Source: Octopus bimaculoides
Taxonomy: Eukaryota
Assembly: GCF_001194135.2 (NCBI RefSeq)
Contig: NC_068989.1
Span: forward strand, 22,658,128-22,693,145
Direction of reading: 5' to 3'
DNA length: 35,018 nucleotides
The position numbers were made by a program, and so were the translations under genes. Under the pieces are notes generated by a model that worked only from the letters and a program-made list of their open reading frames with translations, did no database searches and was not told the origin of the DNA. Each line of letters begins with the position of its first letter. Positions within the stretch are counted from its first letter, which is position 1. Positions 1 to 10,280 of the stretch are shown here, one piece after another.

Positions 1-42
<42 letters not shown>
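1..42. repeat. (CA)n microsatellite, probably the internal spacer of the adjacent bipartite SINE
   Basis: Direct inspection; abuts the 3' side of the minus-strand SINE head at 62-231. Confidence 0.9.
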
Positions 43-44
<2 letters not shown>

Positions 45-61
45 TACATATATATATCCAT

Positions 62-231
62 ATATTCGACAGGCTTTTTTCAGTTTCCGTCTACCAAATC
101 CACTCACGAGGCTTTGGTCGGCCCGAGGCTATAGTAGAAGATACTTGCCCAATGTGCCACGTAGTGAGACTGAACCCGGAACAATGTGGTTGGTAAGCAA
201 GCTACGTACCACACAGCCACTCCTGCGCCTA
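62..231 (-). mobile_element. tRNA-derived CORE-type SINE, family A head
   Basis: Reverse complement begins AGGCGCAGGAGTGGCTGTGTGGTA...CCGGGTTCAGTC (A/B-box-like) and ends GGAAACTGAAAAAAGCCTGTCG. It aligns by eye with copies at 10122-10280, 10853-11008, 12641-12795, 18647-18730 and 34858-35010. The CCTTGGGCAAGT motif in the best copies matches the start of the MIR-type CORE domain. Confidence 0.85.
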
Positions 232-256
232 CATACATACATATAGACATACATAC

Positions 257-377
257 TTAAAATTCTGATGCCTTCCAAGAAACAGCAATGTAAACCAGCC
301 TGCGTCCACCAAAACCAATAGATAAGTAGCACAGAGATAGTCTGTAAAACATTCCAAAAATTCTTCATTCGAGTTTC
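257..377 (-). CDS. Candidate internal exon (121 nt) of an unidentified minus-strand gene
   Basis: Acceptor ...aaacattccag|G and donor TTTAA|gtatgt. Unique non-repeat sequence. Two of three frames are open (ETRMKNFWNVLQTISVLLIYWFWW... or NSNEEFLECFTDYLCATY...). No homology recognised. Confidence 0.35.
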
Positions 378-599
378 CTGGAATGTTTATATGTATGTAA
401 TGATATGTGCATATAGCACGCGCACACGATGAGTAATCAAACATACATACACTTGTGTACTAAATGTATATACACAACCGTTACATTAGTGCATGTATAT
501 CCACACATGCACCTGCATATAAGCATAAAAATTTAAACTGGTACTCGTAAACGTGTATGAATTAGTAGTAAGTACCACTCCTTCGCTCATTGTTTTAGG

Positions 600-862
600 T
601 GTTAAGGTAGTCGCGAGCTGACACATAGACACTATCTAGGTTCTCCTATCCTGATCTTACGGAATATTGAACGTGACAGCTGGAAGGAGAGGGGCTTTAC
701 CAACAGATGGGCTTTACTAACAGGTGGTGCTGATATGCAGCTGATTAGATTGAAGCGATGTGAAATGAAAACTCATTACTCTAAAACTCAAAGTAACCCT
801 CAATCCAGGAATCGAACCCAAGAGGTTATGGCTCTAGCCGATAAGCCACGCGCCTTGACACA
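600..862 (-). mobile_element. Old, degenerate tRNA-derived SINE related to family B
   Basis: Reverse complement of 805-862 reads GGCGCGTGGCTTATCGGCTAG...GGGTTCGATTCCTGG (A/B-box-like). 600-740 has patchy similarity to the 3' half of the SINE at 895-1260. Confidence 0.45.
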
Positions 863-894
863 CACTTATATGCAGTACTTACACATATATGTGT

Positions 895-1260
895 GGAGGC
901 GCAATGACCCAGTGGTTAGGGCAGCGGACTCGCAGTCATAGGATCGCGGTTTCGATTCCCAGACCGGGCGTTGTGAATGTTTATTCAGCGAAAACACCTA
1001 AAGCTCCACGAGGCTCCGGCAGGGGGTGGTGGCGAACCTTGCTGTACTCTTTCACCACTCTTACTTCCTGCTTCTGTTGTACCTGTAATTCAAAGGGTCA
1101 GCCTTGTCACACTGTGTCACGAGAACTATGTTAAGGGTACACGTGTCTGTGGAGTGCTCAGCCACTTGCACGTTAATTTCACGAGCAGGCTGTTCCGTTG
1201 ATCGGATCGACTGGAACCCTCGACGTCGTAAGCGACGGAGTGCCAACAACAACAACAACA
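895..1260 (+). mobile_element. Near full-length tRNA-derived SINE, family B, with (CAA)n tail
   Basis: Head GGCGCAATGACCCAGTGGTTAGGGCAGCGGACTCGCAGTC...GGTTTCGATTCCCAGACCGGGCG with A and B boxes; 3' end GACGGAGTGCCAACAACAACAACAAC. Confidence 0.85.
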
Positions 1261-1499
1261 TATATATGTAGACATTGACTCACTCACGTATTCATAAACG
1301 CCTGAAACTGTTTTTTGCTAGTTATTTGTGTTATTACATTCAGTGATGCATGGGAATTAAGCTTTACTAGTCATATTAGTATAAAAATTACTACAAGCAT
1401 TCTGTATGGTTTGGTATGGGAGGATTTCCATGGAGAAACGGGTGACGCTATCAGTTACTCTACAGGGTGCCACAAATCCTAGAACGCCACTTTAAGTAT

Positions 1500-2030
1500 G
1501 CATGTATGCAACAACCCACTCACATACGCGTTCACGAACCTTCTTAAGCAATTTCACTCACAAACATATGCACACGTAAGAGCACACACACACACACACA
1601 CAACGTGCAGTTTCATTAACGTAATCGTATGGACACACATACGTACATACACATACGCATACATATTCATTTGCAAATGAAGACGCCCATACAAATTTAT
1701 AGGCAGATGTTTATACATGCACTTAGAGGTGCATGTACACACACAGGCACTCTCTCTCTCTTTTTCTCCCTCTCTCTCTCTTTCGCTCTCTCTCTCATTC
1801 GCTCTTTCTCTTTCGCTCTCTCTCTTTCGCTCTATCTTTCTTTCTCCCTCCCTCTTTCAATCTTTTCTTTCTCTATATTTCACTATCACATACGCCCATA
1901 CACGCTCACACAAGCACACATACACGTACACATAAACACACACAGCTCCATGCACACACGCATACATGCATGCACGCAGGCACATACGCATACACACATA
2001 CACACACATTCATACACACACACATACCCT
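1500..2030. repeat. Compound CA-rich / (CT)n low-complexity region
   Basis: Direct inspection; explains the overlapping spurious ORFs. Confidence 0.85.
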
Positions 2031-2208
2031 GACTATCTAACATAACGCCGACAGAAAGATAAACATCGTCTACAGAATGTTTACAAGCGAAATGTTTGGC
2101 CCAAACTGAAATTTGTATAAACCAAATCCTGTATGGTGTGCAAGATAAAGTTCTGCGAAATGACTACGCAGTCCAAGAGATGTTCGGCTACATGTTGTGG
2201 TTACTTAC

Positions 2209-2303
2209 TTTTTGTTATAAAGTGTTCCACTGCAGCAAAGTCTTCTGGATGCTCGCCAAAGTTCTTCTATCAATTGTACAGAAATCCCGCCGCTATCCGC
2301 CAT
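2209..2303 (-). CDS. Candidate first coding exon, MADSGGISVQLIEELWRASRRLCCSGTLYNK, phase-2 donor
   Basis: gagaaATGG context, 31 open codons, then a perfect AAAAA|GTAAGT donor (intron starts at 2208). Unique CpG-containing sequence. Protein not recognised. Confidence 0.45.
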
Positions 2304-2362
2304 TTCTCAATCGAGATAACTCTGTATGTAGCCTTCTTGTTGATAGAGCCGCCATATTGCAA
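2290..2362 (-). promoter_or_regulatory. Two YY1-like motifs (AAATGGCGG, ATATGGCGG) at a candidate gene start
   Basis: Plus strand CCGCCATTT (2298-2305) and GCCGCCATATTG (2348-2359). This motif is typical just downstream of metazoan housekeeping start sites. Confidence 0.5.
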
Positions 2363-2426
2363 CTCATTTTTCGTCCAACTTCATACCACAAGCACACATC
2401 CTCTAGCTATATCTCTCTCCCCCTCC

Positions 2427-2427
<1 letters not shown>

Positions 2428-2492
<65 letters not shown>
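2428..2492. repeat. (CTAT)n microsatellite
   Basis: Direct inspection. Confidence 0.95.
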
Positions 2493-2494
<2 letters not shown>

Positions 2495-2547
2495 CACACA
2501 CATACAAGCAACAAAACTCCGAAATTAATATTCGTAAACTACTTCCT

Positions 2548-2700
2548 CAGCGAATTGGTAGACTTAAAGCGTAGGACAAGCTGCCTCTCTCGATGTATTT
2601 CTCTGGATGTTTTATGTTCAGGCCACGCCGAGGTCACCTTTGCCTTTCATTGCTTCCGAGTTGATAAAGTAGAGCACCAGTACAGCGTGAAGCATCGGTA
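2548..2700 (+). mobile_element. Degenerate SINE family C copy
   Basis: CGCCGAGGTCACCTTTGCCTTTCATTGCTTCCGAGTTGATAAAG matches the family C core GAGGTCGACTTTGCCTTTCATCCTTTCGGGGTCGATAAA. Confidence 0.65.
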
Positions 2701-2737
2701 GAGATGTTCGTGTCAGATGAGAGGACTAGCAGCATTT

Positions 2738-2895
2738 ATTCTCTCTCTCTCATTCTCTCTCTCCCGCCCCTCCCTCTCTTTCCTCTCTCCCTCTCTTTCC
2801 TCTCTCCCTCTCTTTCCTCTCTCCCTCTCTTTCCTCTCTCCCTCTCTCTTCCTCCTATCTCATAGATAAACAAGGGAAGGGAAAGAGAGAGAGAC
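2738..2895. repeat. (CT)-rich minisatellite with a ~20-bp unit (CTCTCTTTCCTCTCTCC-like)
   Basis: Direct inspection. Confidence 0.8.
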
Positions 2896-3052
2896 ATATA
2901 CATATCTGTGCGTTTGTGTGAGTGCATGTGTATATATTTGTGTGAAATACTTCTGCCACATGTTGCGTGTCTGCGTCGTTATTTGATTAGTGTATTAATA
3001 AGTAATAACATGGACATGCAAGATCTGCAACGTTAAATTGACGTTAAATTGA

Positions 3053-3491
3053 CTGCTCAATAACACAGATTTGCTTGTCAGTTGTTTGACCTTAACCACT
3101 TGAGCATGTTCTTTAGTGGCTGACGATATGTGCATTTCTGATCATCAGCAGAAGTAGTGGGGGAGCATCATAGCCATATGTTGAGAGGAATTCTTTGGGG
3201 TTTGAATAATTCACCTTTGAAAACATGGGTGTTTTGCTCAATATCCTTAAACAAACCTTATTCAAGGACCTTTTGAGCGGGATGGGCTACTCGACCTGAA
3301 GAAAATTCTAACTGGGCCCCACCTGCGAGGTCATGCGCTGTTTATCTTGATATGAGATCACCATGTCACGCACATATGGTTGTGATGCATGTGCCTGGTG
3401 TACCCTTATCAGACGGGTAGTTATGATGGGTATATTGGGCTTCGTATATCTTACCCCAGTGTCACTTTGATGGCATGCACTGCTCTCTCAC

Positions 3492-3526
<35 letters not shown>
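3053..3526 (+). mobile_element. Element E, 5'-truncated copy, ending in a (TAA)n tail
   Basis: Closely matches the reverse complement of 6913-7360 over ~440 bp; ends GCACTGCTCTCTCACT(TAA)n at a gap. Confidence 0.85.
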
Positions 3527-3711
3527 NNNNNNNNNNNNNNNNNNNNNNNNNNNNNNNNNNNNNNNNNNNNNNNNNNNNNNNNNNNNNNNNNNNNNNNNNN
3601 NNNNNNNNNNNNNNNNNNNNNNNNNNNNNNNNNNNNNNNNNNNNNNNNNNNNNNNNNNNNNNNNNNNNNNNNNNNNNNNNNNNNNNNNNNNNNNNNNNNN
3701 NNNNNNNNNNN

Positions 3712-3743
<32 letters not shown>

Positions 3744-4199
3744 GTGAGGGTTTTGCGTGTAAATAAGACCAACAATGTTTTTTTTAAAAATCAACAATGT
3801 GTGATCCTCAATAGGGAAGAGATGTTCGAGGGTTGCTCATGGAAAAATCCCATAAAAGACAATGGGTACCCTGACTTTTGAGGCAGGTGCTTTTTTTCCT
3901 TTCCTTTATTCCAAGTTCAGGCGTATAATCAGGACAGGCCCATTCACTCGCACCATTCTCACCACTTTCATCCACCTTTCAGCAAACTGGCTTGAAGACC
4001 ACACTTCTCCCTCTACCCTTATTTTCCTTCTCATGTGAAACTTGAAGAAGTTGATCAAGGATTGGCCAAAGATCAAAGTGTTTGTCTTCAGCCCCTTCAA
4101 TCTCGTTCACCATACATAGGATGTCACCCGGACATCTGACTATTAGTGACAAACAGACAGACGCATTAGGCCAAAACCTACAGGTCTATAACATGCATG

Positions 4200-5930
4200 A
4201 ATGTGATGTATGAATTAATTATACACAGGTTGCTTGAATGCTTTCATGCAGGATCATCGGGGAACACACAACGAAGACTGAAGAGCAGGCAGGAAAAACA
4301 AAATAGAGAAATTTGTGCGGGGCGGTGCCGAACAAATCTTCTTCTGCAAAAGTTGTTCTTGAGGAAAGACAGCAGCACCATTGCAAACTAGGAAGGGTTT
4401 TGACTCTGTTTCTCACTCATGGATAATGAACGACGCCTTCCAACTGCTATAATCAATGTTATTAAGAGGCTGACAAGATGGCCCGCCAAGATGTCGTTAA
4501 GAACTGTCGATCAGGTACTGAATAAAGGTAACGATGACCTGTCTGTCTCCCCTATCACCATTGATGAACATTACAAATACGATGAAATCTAACAAAATAT
4601 TGTATTTGTTAGTGCTGTGAGCAAATCTAGGGTGACAAAAGAATACTTTAGCAGACTACGGAATGCAGAGTTGTCTGCATTTAATAAAACTATATCCCAC
4701 AATGCTTTCGCAATGCCAGTGCTAGTACCAGCTTTTGAGATATTAGACTGTACACTTAAAGAAATTCACAACTTGGACACGAGGACTAGGAAGATACTAA
4801 CAATGACTGGTAACTCCACATCAACAATGGCACTGAAAGTATCTATATTAAACGGAGAGATGAAGGTAGGGACATAAGATCAATCCAGACGGCCTTTGAA
4901 TGCCGCAGTGGGTCGCTAAGACAACGCCTACTGAACATCAAGAGAGAAATGAGTACATCACCTGTTTGCTCAGCAGTGTATGGGCAACATCATGAGATTC
5001 GGTGGAGAATTCCTGAAAAAGCACTTCGAGTTTACATCTGTTATATATGAATCAAAGGTGGCTGGACAGATCTACTTACAGACTTGAAAGGCAAACACTC
5101 ATCATACTAGCAGAAAGTTATGCATGGTATATATATCCCGCAAGTTAGAGAATGCCAACAACATTGACTGGAATAGTAGCTTCTCTTGGACCTGTGATAA
5201 GTACATCACATGTCTAGAAGGCTATGAATTTGCTATCCAAGAAGAGGATACAGCTATTGAACAACAAAAGAGATAAAGGGGCCTCAAATCTACACGTTGT
5301 AATAGAAAGTATCACTTGAGCCATACCAGTGTGGAAGATATTCATTTCATTGGTAGCTGTCCAAAAATGCCCGCAAGTTACTGCCTGCCCATGAAACAAG
5401 ACATTGTCGCTTAGATGGTCTTCAGTACTATATGCAGGAAGGATTGTTCTGACTGCCATATCAAAGGCACACCAGAACCTAAAAGTATCCACACTTTTAA
5501 GAATAAAAAATACTGGTGGAACGTTCCATTATCAAGAGCAACCCGATGTAGGTACCATGGGCCAGAGAGCAAAAGTTGTGCACCGTTGAGATCAATTACC
5601 CAGTGGATGTGAATGACTGTTCAAAAATGGGGCGAAAGGAGAATATCTCAGGAGAACAAGTAAGAAACCTACAGCTCTCATATCCAAGCTACAGTCTTTA
5701 TAGGAGCACTAGGTTATCTAACAAGTTTTCGTAGAAACCAAGAAATGCTTGATTTTTCCACAAAAAGAACTGCTCTAACTGATTCCCTTTTCACAAATAC
5801 AATCGATGAGAGGAAAAGTGAAAACTGCTTTCATCGAGAAGGTTACAAAACCTACCCTCCCCCCACAAACAAAAAGCAAACAAAGAACATGACGTATATG
5901 GACGAATCGATTTGCTTTACGACACAAAAT
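4200..5930 (+). mobile_element. Decayed R4/Dong-like non-LTR retrotransposon (RT fragment, thumb region, CCHC remnant, restriction-like endonuclease)
   Basis: Translated remnants: KGFDSVSHSWIM (RT); VTKEYFSRL..ELSAFNKTISHNAFAMPVL; EDIHFIGSCPKMPASY..PMKQDIVA; YWWNVPL; FIGALGYL. Many stops and frameshifts. Confidence 0.85.
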
Positions 5931-6814
5931 GGTTAAGTAACCATAATATTCTGCTTGTCACTACATGTGTTCAAATGTTACTCTTTTAGTAAGTCTAGTC
6001 GTGGAAGAAGATCGAAAACATAATCAGAATCTTCCAAACTATAATAAAAAAAAGTTGCTTATTAATTAGTTGTGATTTTGTAAATTTTATTAAAAAACAA
6101 GCAATTATTAAAATGTTCACTGTCTTGAAAACTCTTACAATTTCCAAATTCAATACATTTCTTATCAAAATATGGTTTTTAAATTCTTTTATCATTTGTA
6201 TATCTTTTTCTCCCCACCTCTCACTCCCTCGCCCCCTCCCCCTCTCTCTCCCCCTCTCTCTCTCTTTCCCTCTCTTTCCTTCGCTTTATATATTTCCGAT
6301 TGTTAATTCTTTTGCTGAAACCTCCTGAAATCACGTCATCGTAGTTCGTGTTATCACAGTTCATTTCCCATCCCTGTACTTCTGTAGAAGTGTGTTTATA
6401 TCGGCTATTAACATTAACATAAATGAATACATATGTCAACGGAAAAGAAGTTATGAAATCATGTGTTCCAACAAACAATAAATTCTTCGATATGATTTTT
6501 TTTTTCAGTACATTCCCTAACATTTTTATGATGCCTTTAAAAAAGTCACTTTTAACGCTAGAGATTTTGGCTCTGCAATCTTTTTTTAAATAAAAGCATT
6601 TGATTTTTTAAAATTACAAACTAACGATCGAATAACAAAACAAAATAAATTAATACACATACGCTTTAAATCCAAACGAAATATATTTAAATACAAAATA
6701 AAATATATTCATATACATTTATTAAATGAAAACTATATTTATACACTTTCAACGTGATTTATTCAACTTAAATCAAATCATGGATGCTCAAAACTCTGTA
6801 ATCGACTAGTCCCC

Positions 6815-6867
6815 TCTGTATTCGATGTAATCGACTAGTCCCTTCCCCTATGCCTTTAGTAGAAAGA

Positions 6868-6912
<45 letters not shown>
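6815..6912 (+). mobile_element. 3' fragment of SINE family C with (ATT)n tail
   Basis: TCGATGTAATCGACTAGTCCCTTCCCC...GCCTTTAGTAGAAAGA(ATT)n matches the 3' ends at 13395-13440 and 23770-23830. Confidence 0.7.
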
Positions 6913-7465
6913 GAGTGAGAGAGCAGTGCATGCCATCAAAGTGACACTGGGGTAAAATATACGAAGCCCATTATACCCATCATGACTACCCGTCTGATAA
7001 GGGTACACCAGGCACATGCATCACAACCATATGTGCGCGACATGGTGATCTCATATCAAGATAAACAGCGCATGACCTCGCAGGTGGGGCCCAGTTAGAA
7101 TTTTCTTCAGGTCGAGTAGCCCATCCCGCTCAAAAGGTCCCTGAATAAGGTTTGTTTAAGGATATTGAGCAAATCACCCATGTTTCCAAAGTTGAATTAT
7201 TCAAACCCCAAAGAATTCCTCTCAACATATGGCTATGATGCTCCCCCACTACTTCTGCTCGTGATCAGAGATGCACATATCGTCGGCCACCAAGGGACAT
7301 GCTCAATTGGTTAAGGTCAAACAAATGACAAGCAAATCTGTGATACTGAGCAGAATATTTGCTGTAGCCCATCTTTTATACCAAGACAAAACAATGTACA
7401 TGATAACACTTCCAATCAATTAAGATCAGAAACCATGAGAGCCACTGCATGGTACTGCATCCGGG

Positions 7466-7467
<2 letters not shown>
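6913..7467 (-). mobile_element. Element E, apparently complete ~555-bp copy, flanked by (TAA)n on both sides
   Basis: Inverted copy of 3053-3492 plus ~110 bp of extra 5' sequence. No ORF or tRNA boxes seen. Confidence 0.85.
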
Positions 7468-7528
<61 letters not shown>

Positions 7529-7540
7529 CATTATTATTAT

Positions 7541-7970
7541 TTTACTTCTCAGAGCTCTCGGTCTTACTTGTTCTGGTTGATTCTGAGAGAACCAACACCA
7601 ACCTGTTGTCAGAAGTTTCACAGGGTCTCTTTCTGCAAATCATAAGTTTTGGTACCAGGATGTTAACTTATTGTGGAAGTCACTCAACACCTAAGCACAA
7701 ATCTCAAAATCTTAGCTGTCCCCAATAGAGCAGTTTTTGGTGCGGCCTACTCTGCCCTCATGTAAATTTCAATTTCTCCGACATATTTCTCGAACCTGAT
7801 TCTTAGTGCTCTGAGTGCCCCTGCAACTGGTGAGGTAACAGCTGCTCTCCTAATTGCCAACATTCTTGCAATTTTGTCTTTTAGTAATCTGTATTTCTCC
7901 ATCTCTTCTAGCTCTTGTCATCTACGCGTACATTTCCAGGTATGGCGATATCTATGATTCTTGGTTCCCC
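7541..7970 (-). mobile_element. 5'-truncated R4/Dong-like LINE 3' end with (TAA)n tail
   Basis: Minus-strand translation IIDIAIPGNVRVDDKELEEMEKYRLLKDKIAR...AGAL...KTALLGTAKILRFVL is the C-terminal REL endonuclease signature. Confidence 0.85.
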
Positions 7971-7984
7971 CCACTAAAAAAAAA

Positions 7985-8035
<51 letters not shown>

Positions 8036-8036
<1 letters not shown>

Positions 8037-8318
8037 GGCTGAATCGTTTGCACGCCGGGCGAAATACTTCGCGATATTTCGTCTGTCTTCATGTTCTGAG
8101 TTCAAATTCCACCGAGGTCGACTTTGCCTTTCATTCTTTCGGTGTCGATAAATTAAGTACCAGTGAAACACTGGGGTCGATGTAATCAAGTCATCCTCTC
8201 CCCCAAAATGGCTGCCCTTGTGGAAAATTTTGAAACCATTATTATTATTATTATTATTATTATTAATATTATTATTATTATAACTACTACTACTACTACT
8301 ACTACTACTATTATTATA

Positions 8319-8354
<36 letters not shown>
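8036..8354 (+). mobile_element. SINE family C with (ATT)n/(ACT)n tail
   Basis: B box GAGTTCAAATTCC; core GAGGTCGACTTTGCCTTTCATTCTTTCGGTGTCGATAAATTAAGTACCAG; tail TTTGAAACC(ATT)n. Confidence 0.9.
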
Positions 8355-8355
<1 letters not shown>

Positions 8356-8520
8356 GAACTTCGTACAAAAGCTATGCGGTATTTCTTTCGGATGTTTAGG
8401 TTCTGAGTGCAAATGCTGCCGAGATCAACTTCTACTTTCATCCTTACAGGGGTCGGACAAAATAAAGTGCCACTCAAGTAATGAGGTTGATATAATGTGT
8501 CCGGTGTTGAAAATTACTGG
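8355..8520 (+). mobile_element. Degenerate SINE family C copy
   Basis: GTTCTGAGTGCAAATGCTGCCGAGATCAACTTCTACTTTCATCCTTACAGGGGTCGGACAAAATAAAGTGCC resembles the core. Confidence 0.7.
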
Positions 8521-9319
8521 AGTCGTTGAATGTTCTGATCGTCCCAAAATTGTTGTTTCTCATCCCGTGTGGTTAGTAGCTTCTGTTTGCTTGCTAAAGT
8601 TTTAACCTTCCTTTCTATGTTGTATTACGTATTTGCTTCCCCTTATTCATTGTCGTTTCTGTGAACCTTCCATATGACACGTTTTATATTATGCAGTTAA
8701 GCCCTTGAGGTCAAAAAAGAAATTCTAATAATTATTGTTTTTATCATTTGTATTGAAGAAATACCAGATATTTTCTCTTGTGTTATGTTAAGACATTGTA
8801 TTTTTACTTAAAAGCATAAGACATTGCCATTCATGTCATAACAATATCAATCGTTTTTATTTCTTGTGAGTTTTATTTACACAATATAGTACAAGGAATG
8901 ACAATCGTTCCTCGTTACGGGGTGCTTGTCGATGTGTTTAGAAAATTACAAAATTCAGTTTATCAAATTCACAGCACGGGTCTTTGTTGATTTTAAATAT
9001 TCAGAAAATTTATACATTAAAAAAGAAATCCAAAATAGAATGTGTTATCTTTGAAAATTAAAACATAAGCAAACTAGTAATGTAAACTTTCAGTGAAGAA
9101 AAGGCTCCACAGAATCATTCAATTTAAAAAGAAGCTGAAAAGACAAATAACTAAAAGACGAAGACAGAACTTTCTATAGGAATACATAAATATGAAAAGA
9201 TATTTTATTAACTGAAAGACGAACATAGTTGTATAAAAAAAATAAGCGCAATGATATCAGTTAATCCAAAAGCCTGTAAGTAGTTCGGCATCGTGCACTG
9301 TCCGTCAGTTTGACTTCTA

Positions 9320-9446
9320 CAGGGTGTTCACAAAGACTGGGTACATGGAGTAAATAAAATCATAACATAAACAATTAAATATAAGAAATAATAATTTCTT
9401 AAAGTATGTGTTAATCCCCATGTACCCAGACTTTGTGGACACCCTG
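9320..9446. mobile_element. 127-bp Tc1/mariner-type MITE
   Basis: TA target duplication (9318-19, 9447-48). ~31-bp TIRs CAGGGTGTTCACAAAGACTGGGTACATGGAG versus reverse complement CAGGGTGTCCACAAAGTCTGGGTACATGGGG. AT-rich interior. Confidence 0.85.
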
Positions 9447-9649
9447 TACATTAAATGCATAAGCCGTTTAATCCGATGCTTAAAGATACTTAATCAGTCA
9501 ATTATTTCCATGCTAAAACCATGAACTCGTAAAACTCTTTCGGTGATCAGGTAGCTTTGTGTGGAGAACTAAAAGACTTACACATTTCTAGAGTCGTCAT
9601 CACTGCAACCAAACATCATACTAACTTCCCCAAAACCATTGCATATCTT

Positions 9650-9780
9650 TTATTCGTCTTCCTGCAATAATCATTGGACTGGAGTCAAAATGGGGTACCA
9701 ACTTGAAAAGTCTATCGACTCTATTTGTCTATTGACTCTGTTTGTCGAGTCACTGAGTTGTGAGGGTATAAACGAACCAA
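9650..9780 (-). mobile_element. Old fragment of the SINE A/D tail module
   Basis: Degenerate similarity to 9785-9960. Confidence 0.4.
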
Positions 9781-9784
9781 TATA

Positions 9785-10066
9785 TATATTTTACCTTTTA
9801 CTTGTTTCAGTCATTAGTCTGCGGCGACCATGCTGGAGCACTGCCTTGAAGAAATTTTTAATCGAATGAATCAACCTCAGTACCTTTTTACTATCGATCG
9901 CTTTGCCGAATTGCTAAGTTGCGGGGATGTAAAACATCAACACTGGTTGTCAAGTGGGGGACATACACAGACACCTCCGCGCACGCGCGCGCACACATAC
10001 ACAGACAGACAGATAGGCAGGCAGGCAGACAGACAGGCAGACAGACATACAGACAGACAGACAGAC

Positions 10067-10123
<57 letters not shown>

Positions 10124-10280
10124 CGACAGGCTTCTTTCAGTTTCCGTCTTCCGAATGCATTCGCAGGCTTCGGTATGCCCGAAGTTATAGTTGAAGACAC
10201 TTGCCCAAGGTGCCATGCAATGGGACTGAACTCCAAACCATGTGGTCGGAAAGCAAGATTCTTACCACACAGCTATGGCT
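9785..10280 (-). mobile_element. Complete bipartite SINE: family A head, internal microsatellite, D tail
   Basis: Head 10122-10280, (GACA)n(GATA)n spacer ~9960-10121, tail 9785-9960 whose reverse complement ends CCAGCATGGTCGCCGCAGACTAATGACTGAAACAAGTAAAAG. Confidence 0.85.

Noticed and set aside
895-975. tRNA gene (also the other SINE heads)
   Set aside because: A/B boxes are present but there is no complete cloverleaf or terminator, and the sequence continues into a SINE body and tail.
2096-2701. 201-aa plus-strand ORF
   Set aside because: It runs through a (CTAT)n microsatellite and a SINE and lies antisense to a better-supported exon with promoter motifs and a consensus donor.
6325-6375. 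CAGGGATGGG hAT-like terminus on the minus strand
   Set aside because: No matching second terminus or 8-bp TSD found.
3053-7467. Single 4.4-kb composite transposon with element E as TIRs
   Set aside because: Each E copy has its own retroposon-type (TAA)n tail and a different 5' extent, and there is no shared TSD.
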